Positions 10,302 to 19,181 of a stretch of 64,000 bases of DNA are shown here, one piece after another (position 1 is the first letter of the stretch; every line of letters starts with the position of its first letter). Origin of the DNA: an uncultured Bacilli bacterium (GTDB lineage Bacteria; Bacillota_I; Bacilli_A; RF39; UBA660). Both the position numbers and the translations under genes were made by a program. The stretch is from contig CALVXP010000002.1 in assembly GCA_944371525.1 (NCBI GenBank), positions 1,042 to 65,041 on the forward strand, written 5' to 3'. The notes below the pieces were generated by a model, which saw only the letters and a list, made by a program, of their open reading frames with translations, was not told the origin of the DNA and did no database searches.

Positions 10302-11876
10302 ATGTGTAGTTTCTTAGTTTACACAAAATGTGACATTAGTCAAAAAGAATTTAAAGAGGGTTTGAAAAAAATAAAATATAGGGGACCTGATATGACAAAA
10401 ATAATAACTAATGATGGTATGTGGGGATTTAATAGGCTTTCCATTATGGGATTAGATGAAAGTGGTATGCAACCGTTTATAAAAGATGATATGATGGTAG
10501 TATGTAATGGTGAAATATATGGATTTAGAAAAATAAAAGAAGAATTAATTAATAAAGGATATGAATTTAAATCTAACAGTGATTGCGAAATATTGCTTCC
10601 ATTATTAAAAGAACATGGAATGAAAATGTTTAAAAAATTAGATGCTGAATTTGCATGTGTAATTTTTGATGGTAAAGAATTTATTGCAGCAAGAGATCCA
10701 ATAGGAATACGACCTATGTTTTATGGATTTTCTAAAAAAAATCATAATATAATGTTTGCATCAGAAGCAAAGGCTTTAATAGATATGTGTGATGATATTT
10801 ATGCATTTCCTCCAGGACATTATTATTATAAAGAAAAATTTATAAAATATTATGATACTACAAAAGTTGATAAAGTTATTGATGATAGTTTGGATGAAAT
10901 TTGTTTAAATATAAAAAATAAATTGGAAAAAGGAATAATTAAAAGATTAGATTCTGATGCTCCGTTAGGATTTTTATTAAGTGGGGGTCTTGATTCTAGT
11001 TTAGTATGTTCAATTGCTACAAAATATTTAAAAAAGCCAATTAAGACATTTGCAATAGGTATGAATACTGATGCAATTGATTTAAAATATGCCAAAATAG
11101 TTTCTAATTATATAGGAAGTGATCATACAGAAATAATAATAAGCAAAGAAGATGTTATTAATTGTTTAGAAGAAGTTATTTATCATTTAGAAACATGGGA
11201 TATAACTACAATTAGAGCTAGTATTGGTATGTATTTATTGTGTAAGTGGATAAGAAATAATACAAATATAAAAGTTTTATTAACTGGAGAAGTTAGTGAT
11301 GAATTATTTGGATATAAGTATACAGACTTTGCACCAAATAAAGAAGAATTTCAAAAAGAATCAGAAAAGAGAATTAGAGAATTATATATGTATGATGTAT
11401 TACGAGCTGATCGTTGTATATCAGGTTGTTCAATAGAGGCTAGAGTACCGTTTGCGGACTTAGACTTTGTAAAATATGTAATAAGTATAAATCCTAGTAA
11501 GAAGATGAATACTTATGGTATAGGAAAATATTTGTTAAGAAAATCTTTTGAAGGAATTTATTTACCTGATGAAATTTTAATGCGTGAAAAAGCAGCTTTT
11601 TCTGATGCAGTAGGTCATTCAATGGTGGATTATTTAAAAGAATATGCTGAAAGTAAATATACTGAAGATGAATATAGAAAAAGAATCAAAAAATTTAAAA
11701 CTCATAAACCTTTTACAAAGGAATCATTATTGTATAGAGAAATTTTTGATAAATATTATAGTGGGCATGATGACTTAATAGTAGATTATTGGATGCCTAA
11801 TAAAAAATGGAATGGTTGCAATGTTAATGATCCATCTGCAAGGGTATTAAAAAATTATGGTGATAGTGGAAAATAA
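10302..11876 (+). CDS. asnB: Asparagine synthetase (glutamine-hydrolysing), short E. coli AsnB-like type
   Basis: MC- N-terminus (Cys2 nucleophile of Ntn amidotransferases). PP-loop SGGLDSS. The C-terminal synthetase domain follows. 524 aa. Confidence 0.9.
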   Translation: MCSFLVYTKCDISQKEFKEGLKKIKYRGPDMTKIITNDGMWGFNRLSIMGLDESGMQPFIKDDMMVVCNGEIYGFRKIKEELINKGYEFKSNSDCEILLPLLKEHGMKMFKKLDAEFACVIFDGKEFIAARDPIGIRPMFYGFSKKNHNIMFASEAKALIDMCDDIYAFPPGHYYYKEKFIKYYDTTKVDKVIDDSLDEICLNIKNKLEKGIIKRLDSDAPLGFLLSGGLDSSLVCSIATKYLKKPIKTFAIGMNTDAIDLKYAKIVSNYIGSDHTEIIISKEDVINCLEEVIYHLETWDITTIRASIGMYLLCKWIRNNTNIKVLLTGEVSDELFGYKYTDFAPNKEEFQKESEKRIRELYMYDVLRADRCISGCSIEARVPFADLDFVKYVISINPSKKMNTYGIGKYLLRKSFEGIYLPDEILMREKAAFSDAVGHSMVDYLKEYAESKYTEDEYRKRIKKFKTHKPFTKESLLYREIFDKYYSGHDDLIVDYWMPNKKWNGCNVNDPSARVLKNYGDSGK

Positions 11877-11936
11877 TGTCAAATTGTATTAATTTAATAT
11901 AAAAAAGTAATTATTCAATTACTAAGTGGTATAATA

Positions 11937-13715
11937 ATGTATACAGGTGATGTAATGAAAAAAGTAAAAAATAAGAATAAAAAGAAAAGTTTAATTGGAA
12001 ATATAGTAATTGGAATATTACTTTTTATATCAATATTTTTAATAAGTACAATAATAAAGATGGATTTTATGCCTTTTAAATATTTAATTATAGTAATATT
12101 AATAGTAGGAATTATAGATTTTGTATTAGTATGGTGTATAAAAAAGGGTAAAAAAATAGTTAGAATTATAACTATGATAATAAGTTTGATAATATCTATG
12201 GTTTTATCATTTATATCATTTAATGTATTGAAAACAAATAGTGTTTTAGGAAATATGAATCTTAATTATAAAACACATAATTATTCAGTATTGGTATTAA
12301 AAGATAGCGAATATTCAGATATTAGTCAGTTAGATGGAGAAAAACTAGGATACTATGATAATAAATTAGATAAACCAAATGAGATACTTTCTAAAATAGA
12401 AGAAAAGATTAAAGTTGATGCAGAATTATATAATGATTTAGATGAAACAGTGGATGCATTAATGGATAAAGAAGTTAAAATGATAGTTTTAGAAGAATCT
12501 TATATAAAAATGTTAGATGAGGAGAGTAATTTTTCTTCGATGGTAAAATCTATATATAATTTTAAAATAAAAATAGAAGTAAAAGATGTAAGTAAAGATA
12601 CAGATGTTACTACTGAACCATTTAATATATATTTAAGTGGTATTGATACTTTTGGAGAAGTTTCTTCTGTATCTAGAAGTGATGTTAATATTGTAATAAC
12701 AGTTAATCCTCAGACGCATCAAGTATTATTAACATCTATTCCAAGAGATACATATGTACAATTATCTGGAACGACAGGATATAAAGATAAACTTACTCAT
12801 GCAGGAATATATGGGGTAGAAAAATCAATATCAACAATAGAAGAATTATTAGATATAGAAATAAATTATTATTTTAAAGTTAATTTTACAAGTGTTATTG
12901 ATATTGTTGATACACTTGGAGGAGTTAATGTATACTCAGAATATAGTTTTACTTCAATGGACGGTTATAATTATAAAAAAGGTTATAATTATGTAAATGG
13001 AGAACAAGCATTATCCTTTGTTAGAGAAAGAAAATCTTTTGCATTAGGTGATGTTCAAAGAGGTAAAAACCAACAAGCAATGATTGAAGCGTTAATTAGA
13101 AAATGTATTAGTCCAGATATTATAAGTAAATATAGTAGCTTACTAGATTCAGTTAATGGCAAATTTGCTACAAATATGCCTATTTCAAGAATGATGAATT
13201 TAATAAAAATGCAACTTGAAGGAAATTATGAATGGACAGTAACTTCTAATTATATAAGTGGTACTGATGGATCAGAATATACATATAGTTATCCTACTCA
13301 AAAATTATATGTTATGATACCAGATGATGATAGTATATTAAATGCTAAAGAATTAATAGATAAAGTTGAAGCAGGTAAAATATTAGATAGTTCATATGGT
13401 GAAGAACAGAGTGGTAGTTATGTTACACAAAGTCCTGTTACTAATAATAATAGTAATAATGAAAGTAGTAATGATGACAAAGTAGAAGAAGAACCACAAG
13501 AAGAAAATAATAATGATGAAGAAATAAAAGATGATCCACTTGAGGACTTACTCCCAAGTGAAGATGATAAAATACCAGATGATGGAACAGGTAATACAGA
13601 AGATAATACTGGAGAAAATAATACTGATACAGAAGACAAGCCAACAGATGGAGAAAAACCAGTAGATGAAAATACTCCAAATAAAGATAAAGAAGAAAAT
13701 AATGTTAAAGAATAG
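11937..13715 (+). CDS. LytR-CpsA-Psr (LCP) family cell-wall glycopolymer ligase with an acidic low-complexity tail
   Basis: Has an N-terminal TM segment and an LCP core (NIYLSGIDTFGEVSSVSRSDVNIVITVNPQTHQVLLTSIPRDTYV; ALSFVRERK). The last 110 aa or so are rich in N/D/E. The likely true start is the ATG at 11955 (MKKVKNK), preceded by AGGTGA. Confidence 0.85.
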   Translation: MYTGDVMKKVKNKNKKKSLIGNIVIGILLFISIFLISTIIKMDFMPFKYLIIVILIVGIIDFVLVWCIKKGKKIVRIITMIISLIISMVLSFISFNVLKTNSVLGNMNLNYKTHNYSVLVLKDSEYSDISQLDGEKLGYYDNKLDKPNEILSKIEEKIKVDAELYNDLDETVDALMDKEVKMIVLEESYIKMLDEESNFSSMVKSIYNFKIKIEVKDVSKDTDVTTEPFNIYLSGIDTFGEVSSVSRSDVNIVITVNPQTHQVLLTSIPRDTYVQLSGTTGYKDKLTHAGIYGVEKSISTIEELLDIEINYYFKVNFTSVIDIVDTLGGVNVYSEYSFTSMDGYNYKKGYNYVNGEQALSFVRERKSFALGDVQRGKNQQAMIEALIRKCISPDIISKYSSLLDSVNGKFATNMPISRMMNLIKMQLEGNYEWTVTSNYISGTDGSEYTYSYPTQKLYVMIPDDDSILNAKELIDKVEAGKILDSSYGEEQSGSYVTQSPVTNNNSNNESSNDDKVEEEPQEENNNDEEIKDDPLEDLLPSEDDKIPDDGTGNTEDNTGENNTDTEDKPTDGEKPVDENTPNKDKEENNVKE

Positions 13716-13746
13716 AGTTATAAACATATATAACTTTATTTTTTTA
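13716..13746 (+). terminator. Weak AT-rich intrinsic terminator after the LCP gene
   Basis: AGTTATA-aacata-TATAACT followed by TTATTTTTTT. Confidence 0.35.
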
Positions 13747-13769
13747 TATACTTTATTAGGTGATATCAT

Positions 13770-14567
13770 ATGTCTAATATAATACTTGTAATTAAAGGAT
13801 TAATAATAGGTTTTGCTAAAGTAATGCCGGGAGTATCTGGAGCGATTCTGGCAATTAGTATGGGAGTTTATGATAAAGGAATAAATGCAATTACAAGATT
13901 CTTTGATAATATAAAAGAAAATATTAAATTTTTATTTTTTATAGGAATAGGAATATTTATAGCAATAATATTAGGTAGTAATATAGTATATTTTTTACTT
14001 AATAATTATTATGTAATTACAATGTTATTTTTTATGGGATTAATATTTGGAAGTACTCCTAAAATTATTAATAAAGTAGATAAAACAATAAAAGGATATA
14101 TAATATCTTTAGTTACATTTATTATAATAACTTTATTGACTACTATGAATGTAAATAATAACAATATAAATAATTCTATATTTATATATTTAATTTCTGG
14201 TTTAATAGATGCTTTTGGAATGGTGGTTCCTGGTATTAGTTCAACTGCACTTCTTATGGTAATAGGAACTTATAATAATATAATTCATTCTCTATCTAAT
14301 ATAGGAAATATTATAAATAATTTAAATATATTAATAACTTATGGAATAGGAATTTTTATAGGAATAATTATAACTAGTATTGTTATAAATTATTTATTTA
14401 ATAAGTATAATAAATTAACTTTTTCATTTATATTAGGAGTTATTTTTTCTACTTTAATAACATTATTATTAAAAATATTTTCCTATCACATAAATATAAA
14501 AGACTTAGTAATAGGAGTATTATTACTAAGTCTTGGAATAATTATTTCTTATTTTTTTGACGATTAA
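13770..14567 (+). CDS. DUF368-family membrane protein (undecaprenyl-phosphate translocase PopT-like)
   Basis: Two copies of the DUF368 signature: GFAKVMPGVSGAILAISMGVYD and GMVVPGISSTALLMVIGTY. About 8 TM helices. Confidence 0.8.
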   Translation: MSNIILVIKGLIIGFAKVMPGVSGAILAISMGVYDKGINAITRFFDNIKENIKFLFFIGIGIFIAIILGSNIVYFLLNNYYVITMLFFMGLIFGSTPKIINKVDKTIKGYIISLVTFIIITLLTTMNVNNNNINNSIFIYLISGLIDAFGMVVPGISSTALLMVIGTYNNIIHSLSNIGNIINNLNILITYGIGIFIGIIITSIVINYLFNKYNKLTFSFILGVIFSTLITLLLKIFSYHINIKDLVIGVLLLSLGIIISYFFDD

Positions 14568-15204
14568 TAAAGTTAAAATTAAATTTAGGAAAAGCTTTTA
14601 AAATTCTGTTTTGAAAAAGTTTGTTTTTTAGTATTTCACTGACTTTTTTATTTATTTCTTCAGTATAATCTTTAGCAACATTTTGAGCAGTTAATTTTAC
14701 TTTATTAATAATATTAAATGATGTTATTACATCTAGTAAAAATAGAATAAATAAGATGCTACTAATTATTAACATTATAGTATTTGGAATTAAATTAACT
14801 AAATTAATTATAATTGGGTTAATAAAACATACAGTTATGACTCCTCCTAATCCAAATAAACAAGAAAGATATAGACAAACTCTTCCATTTATATTAAATT
14901 TATAATTTGAATAGTCCCACCATCTAGCTTTAAATAGTTTTTCCATTAAATAACTAGTAATATATTCTAGTATTGTACATATAACTGCTCCCATTATAAA
15001 TACTGTTAAAGGATTCTCTTTATATTGAGTTAAATATATCATCATTGCAATAGCACCAAATCCATATATAGGACAAATTGGACCAATTAAGAAACCTCTA
15101 TTAATAAATTTTTTTTCAAAAATAAAGCCATATATTACTTCTGATATCCATCCTAAAATAGAGTATATATAAAAAATTAAAAAATTAAATAAAAAAACTT
15201 CCAT
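14542..15204 (-). CDS. Polytopic membrane protein, PF06541-like ('putative ABC-transporter type IV' family)
   Basis: The N-terminus YSILGWISEVIYGFIFEKKFINRGFLIGPICPIYGFGA is typical of this family. It is convergent with the DUF368 gene and overlaps its 3' end by 26 nt. Confidence 0.65.
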   Translation of the reverse strand: MEVFLFNFLIFYIYSILGWISEVIYGFIFEKKFINRGFLIGPICPIYGFGAIAMMIYLTQYKENPLTVFIMGAVICTILEYITSYLMEKLFKARWWDYSNYKFNINGRVCLYLSCLFGLGGVITVCFINPIIINLVNLIPNTIMLIISSILFILFLLDVITSFNIINKVKLTAQNVAKDYTEEINKKVSEILKNKLFQNRILKAFPKFNFNFINRQKNKK

Positions 15205-15293
15205 AAATTCACCTACTTGTAAAGTATATCATAATAGGTACAAATAAACAATTATTTTTAGTAAAAAATATGTCAAAAACTATGTCAAAATAA

Positions 15294-15323
15294 TTGAATA
15301 AATATATAAAATAATGTTATACT
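15294..15323 (+). promoter_or_regulatory. Putative thyA promoter
   Basis: TTGAAT (15294-15299), an 18-nt spacer, then the extended -10 TGtTATACT (15315-15323). Confidence 0.4.
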
Positions 15324-15348
15324 TAGTATAAAGTAGGGAGGTAAAAAA

Positions 15349-16560
15349 ATGTTAATAAATGGACAAGAATATAGAATAAATAGGGAAAATGCTATTGTAA
15401 GAAAATGGGATAAAATATATTGTCAACTTTTAAAGAAGATACTTAAAGAAGGGGAACTTTTTGAAAATAGAACAGGCATTGATACATTAAGTATTGAGGG
15501 AGTTTCTTTTAAACTTAATGCTGGAGAAGAATTCCCAATATTGGAATCTAAAAAAGTAGCAATTCATAATGCTTTATCAGAAATGTTATGGATATATCAA
15601 GCTCAATCTAATGAAATAAGTTGGTTACATGAACGAGGAAATAAAATATGGGATGAGTGGAGAATAGATGATGACGGTATTTATAGAACTTATGAACCAA
15701 CTGGAGAATATGTTCCTGAGAAAGAAGTAGAAGTACTAGATTTAGATGGAAAGCCAATGGGAATGTTTGCTAAGTCTTTAAAAGAAGGTAAAACTATAAA
15801 AAGCGCAAAGTTTTTTGGTAAAGAATGGGTTGACACAATAGGAACTGCTTATGGATGGATTAATGATAAATTTAAAAGACCACAATATGTATTACAACAA
15901 TTAAAAAATAATCCCCACGATAGAAGAATGGTTATTAGTATGTGGCAAGATGAATATCTAAGAACAGCTGTTTTACCGTCTTGTGTATGGAGCAGTGAAT
16001 GGAAAGTTGCAAATGGGAAATTGCATACTTTTGTACATCAAAGAAGTGCCGATACACCATTGGGATTACCTTTTAATATAAGTCAATATGCAATACTTCA
16101 AGCAATGTTTGCCAAAGTATCAGGATTAGAAGTAGGAAATCTTAATTGGAGTATTATGGATGCTCATATTTATGTAAATCAGATAGAGGGAATAAAGAAA
16201 CAATTATCAAGATATAATAAAATGTTAAAATGGGAAAAATTTATAAAAAATAATAGTGATGAAGAAATAGAAAGAATGTATATGGAATTAAAAAAAAGAG
16301 AGACAAATTTACAAAATAGTTCATCAATAAAATTAAAAAATATGTTAAAAGAACTACAAGAAAACATTATAATATTAGAACTTATGTTAACTAAAGAAAA
16401 AACAATATTAGAACTTGCAGATAAAGATGATTTCTTTGCTTTTGACAATACTTTTAATACTAATAGAGAATATTTAAAAGAAAATATTACTGGTAATAAG
16501 GATATAAAAGTATTGAAATACAAATCTGCACCATTTATTAAAATGCCAATAGCACAATAG
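15349..16560 (+). CDS. thyA: Thymidylate synthase, B. subtilis ThyA / phage-type subfamily, with two large insertions
   Basis: Aligns by eye to B. subtilis ThyA: LWIYQ, LKNNPHDRRMVISMWQ, LPSCVWSSEWKVANGKLHTFVHQRSADTPLGLPFNISQYAILQAMFAKVSGLEVG, and C-terminal VLKYKSAPFIKMPIAQ. It is 403 aa versus about 280 aa. Confidence 0.85.
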   Translation: MLINGQEYRINRENAIVRKWDKIYCQLLKKILKEGELFENRTGIDTLSIEGVSFKLNAGEEFPILESKKVAIHNALSEMLWIYQAQSNEISWLHERGNKIWDEWRIDDDGIYRTYEPTGEYVPEKEVEVLDLDGKPMGMFAKSLKEGKTIKSAKFFGKEWVDTIGTAYGWINDKFKRPQYVLQQLKNNPHDRRMVISMWQDEYLRTAVLPSCVWSSEWKVANGKLHTFVHQRSADTPLGLPFNISQYAILQAMFAKVSGLEVGNLNWSIMDAHIYVNQIEGIKKQLSRYNKMLKWEKFIKNNSDEEIERMYMELKKRETNLQNSSSIKLKNMLKELQENIIILELMLTKEKTILELADKDDFFAFDNTFNTNREYLKENITGNKDIKVLKYKSAPFIKMPIAQ

Positions 16561-16569
16561 GAGGTAATT

Positions 16570-17040
16570 ATGATAGCATTAATTGCAGCAATTGGTAAAA
16601 ATAATGAACTTGGAAAAAATAATAATTTAATATGGCATTTACCTAATGATTTAAAATTTTTTAAAGAAGTAACAATGGGGAAAAATGTAGTAATGGGTTT
16701 TAATACTTATAATTCACTTCCTAGAAAATTAGTAGGAAGAACAATGATTGTGTTAACTAGTAAAAATATTAATGATAAAGAAATAATTGTATATAATGAT
16801 TTAAATAAATTATTAGAAGATTACGAAAATAAAGAAATATTTATAATTGGAGGAGCTTCTTTATATAAAATATTTATTGATAAAGTAGATACTATGTATT
16901 TAACAGAAATAGATGCTAGTGATGATAAAGCAGATGTATATTTCCCTAAATTTAATAAAGATGATTGGAATAGAGAAGTATTAAAAGAAAATAGTGATAA
17001 TGGTATAAATTACAAACACATATTATATAGAAGGAAGTAA
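16570..17040 (+). CDS. folA: Dihydrofolate reductase
   Basis: MIALIAAIGKNNELGKNNNLIWHLPNDLKFFKEVTMGKNVVMGFNTYNSLP and IIGGASLYK. 156 aa. Confidence 0.9.
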   Translation: MIALIAAIGKNNELGKNNNLIWHLPNDLKFFKEVTMGKNVVMGFNTYNSLPRKLVGRTMIVLTSKNINDKEIIVYNDLNKLLEDYENKEIFIIGGASLYKIFIDKVDTMYLTEIDASDDKADVYFPKFNKDDWNREVLKENSDNGINYKHILYRRK

Positions 17041-17044
17041 AGTT

Positions 17045-17746
17045 ATGGAAGGAAAAATAATTGTAATAGAAGGAACAGATTGTTCAGGAAAAGAGACACA
17101 AACAAGACTTTTAGTAGATAAATTAGTGAAAGAAGGATTAAAAGTAAAAAGATTATCTTTTCCCATGTATGATACCCCAACAGGGAAAATAATTGGAGCT
17201 TGCCTTTTAGGTAAACCAGCGATGTGCGAAGAATTACTTAAAGATAGTCATAGTTTCTTTCCAGAAGGTGGAGGAAATATAGATGTTCTTGCAGCATGTG
17301 ATTTATATGCTGCTGATAGAAGGTATAATTTACCTAAAATACTTAAATATTTTAACGATGGTTATATAGTAATAATTGATAGATATGTTACATCTAATAT
17401 GGCTCATCGTGGGGGACTTATTACTGATAAAGAAGAAAGAATAAAAATATATGAAAAGATAGATTTAAAGGAATATGTAATTAATGAATTGCCAAGACCT
17501 GATAAAACAATATTATTATATTTACCATATGAATATGCTTGTGAACTTAAGAAAAAAAGAGAAGAACTACCTGATGAAGTAGAAAGTAATATTGAATATT
17601 TAAAAAATTCTGAAAAAGCATACTTAGAACTTGCAGAATTATATAATTATGATGTAATTAATTGTGTAAGTAATAATCAAATTAGAACTATTGAAGAAAT
17701 TAATAATGAAGTATATAGTAATGTAAAAAAATTAATAAAAAAATAA
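17045..17746 (+). CDS. tmk: Thymidylate (dTMP) kinase family protein, divergent P-loop
   Basis: Carries the P-loop IVIEGTDCSGKETQ and a DRY motif (IIDRYVTSNMAH). 233 aa with an internal insertion. Lies in the thyA-folA context. Confidence 0.7.
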   Translation: MEGKIIVIEGTDCSGKETQTRLLVDKLVKEGLKVKRLSFPMYDTPTGKIIGACLLGKPAMCEELLKDSHSFFPEGGGNIDVLAACDLYAADRRYNLPKILKYFNDGYIVIIDRYVTSNMAHRGGLITDKEERIKIYEKIDLKEYVINELPRPDKTILLYLPYEYACELKKKREELPDEVESNIEYLKNSEKAYLELAELYNYDVINCVSNNQIRTIEEINNEVYSNVKKLIKK

Positions 17747-17779
17747 TATGTAAATAAGAATAGTATATAAATAGTATGA

Positions 17780-17808
17780 TTGAATTTTATGTTTATTTAT
17801 GATATTAT
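17780..17808 (+). promoter_or_regulatory. Putative promoter of the capsule/EPS operon
   Basis: TTGAAT (17780-17785), a 17-nt spacer ending in TGa, then TATTAT (17803-17808). Confidence 0.45.
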
Positions 17809-17847
17809 TTATAGTATAGGGGTAGTTAGTAGTACTAGGAGGTATTT

Positions 17848-18516
17848 ATGGAAGAAATAGATTTAACGGAGCTATTATTTTATTTTAAAAGTAAATTATG
17901 GTTAGTAATAGGAATTGTATTTTTAATATTATTATTAGGTAATTTATATTCAGTTTTTCTAAAAACTCCGATATATAAATCATCTTCAACAATAGTTATT
18001 GCATCTAATAATAGTTCTAATAATATACAAACAGATATAACAGTTAATCAAAAATTAGTAGGTACTTATAAAGAAATAGTTAAAAGTAGAAGTGTAGTAG
18101 AACAAGTTATTGAAGACTTAGATTTAGATTATAGTTATGGAGAATTATATAATAATATATTTGTAGAATCAGTAACTGACACAGAAATTTTAAAAATATC
18201 AGTTACTAATAAAGATCCTGAGATGGCTAAGGAAATAACAAATTCATTAGCAAATGCTTTTAAAGAACAAGTAATATATATTTATAATTTAGAAAATGTT
18301 AAAATATTAGATGAAGCATCAATGTCAAATAAAGCAGACAATGTAAATTTTTATAAAGAAGAAGTAATATATTTTTGTGCAGGACTTTTTGTTTCATGTT
18401 TTATAGTATTAATGTTATTCTATTTTGATAAGAATATAAGAAGTGTAGAACAAGTAGAAGCAAAATTAGGTCTTCCTATTTTAGGAACTATACCTATTTG
18501 TGGAGGTAAAAAATGA
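17848..18516 (+). CDS. Wzz/CpsC-type polysaccharide chain-length determinant (tyrosine kinase modulator)
   Basis: Two TM helices flank a periplasmic-type domain, and the C-terminus is LGLPILGTIP. It overlaps the downstream kinase gene by 4 nt. Confidence 0.85.
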   Translation: MEEIDLTELLFYFKSKLWLVIGIVFLILLLGNLYSVFLKTPIYKSSSTIVIASNNSSNNIQTDITVNQKLVGTYKEIVKSRSVVEQVIEDLDLDYSYGELYNNIFVESVTDTEILKISVTNKDPEMAKEITNSLANAFKEQVIYIYNLENVKILDEASMSNKADNVNFYKEEVIYFCAGLFVSCFIVLMLFYFDKNIRSVEQVEAKLGLPILGTIPICGGKK

Positions 18517-19181
18517 GAAGTGAATTAATTGTTAATACTAGACCTAAGTCTAATATAAGTGAAAATATAAGAACAGTAAGAACTAATCTAGAGTTTGCTT
18601 CGGCTTCAAAAAAATTAAAGACAATTCTTATATCAAGTTCTGTTTCTGGTGAAGGGAAAAGTTTTATTAGTTCTAATTTAGCAGTAGCATTTGCTCAAAA
18701 TGATAAAAAAGTATTATTAATTGATGCAGATTTAAGAAGAGGAAGAGTACACGATATATTTAATGTGAAGAATCCAAAAGGATTATCTAATTTATTATTA
18801 GAAGATGATATGAAAGAAATAAAACATTATATTGCTAAGAGTGATATAGATAATTTGTATGTTTTATTTAGAGGAACAATTCCTCCAAATCCATCTGAAT
18901 TATTAAATTCTGATAAGATGCATGATATATTTGAAATAGCAGAAGAAATATTTGACTATATAATTATTGATGGCGTTCCTGCCGTAGGTCTTCCTGATGC
19001 TTTAATATTATCTAAATATGCTGATGCAATAATGTTAGTATGTGCAATAAAATATACTCCAATGAATGCATTAGTAGAAGCTAAACAAGCATTTGAAAAA
19101 ATTGGTGTTCCTGTTACAGGCGTTGTTGTTAATAAAGTTCCTAATATAAAGAGTAATTATTATACAAGTTATTATGAATAA
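18513..19181 (+). CDS. CpsD/CapB-type BY-kinase (protein-tyrosine kinase)
   Basis: Has Walker A (SSVSGEGKSFISSNLA), Walker A' (LLIDADLRR) and Walker B (IIIDGVP). The C-terminal tyrosine cluster is NYYTSYYE. Confidence 0.9.
   Translation: MRSELIVNTRPKSNISENIRTVRTNLEFASASKKLKTILISSSVSGEGKSFISSNLAVAFAQNDKKVLLIDADLRRGRVHDIFNVKNPKGLSNLLLEDDMKEIKHYIAKSDIDNLYVLFRGTIPPNPSELLNSDKMHDIFEIAEEIFDYIIIDGVPAVGLPDALILSKYADAIMLVCAIKYTPMNALVEAKQAFEKIGVPVTGVVVNKVPNIKSNYYTSYYE

Noticed and set aside
13400-13715. Repetitive acidic and N-rich coding sequence at the LCP 3' end, considered as a possible tandem DNA repeat or contingency locus
   Set aside because: I could find no exact repeating nucleotide unit. It is compositional low complexity (GAA/GAT/AAT codons) rather than a true tandem repeat.
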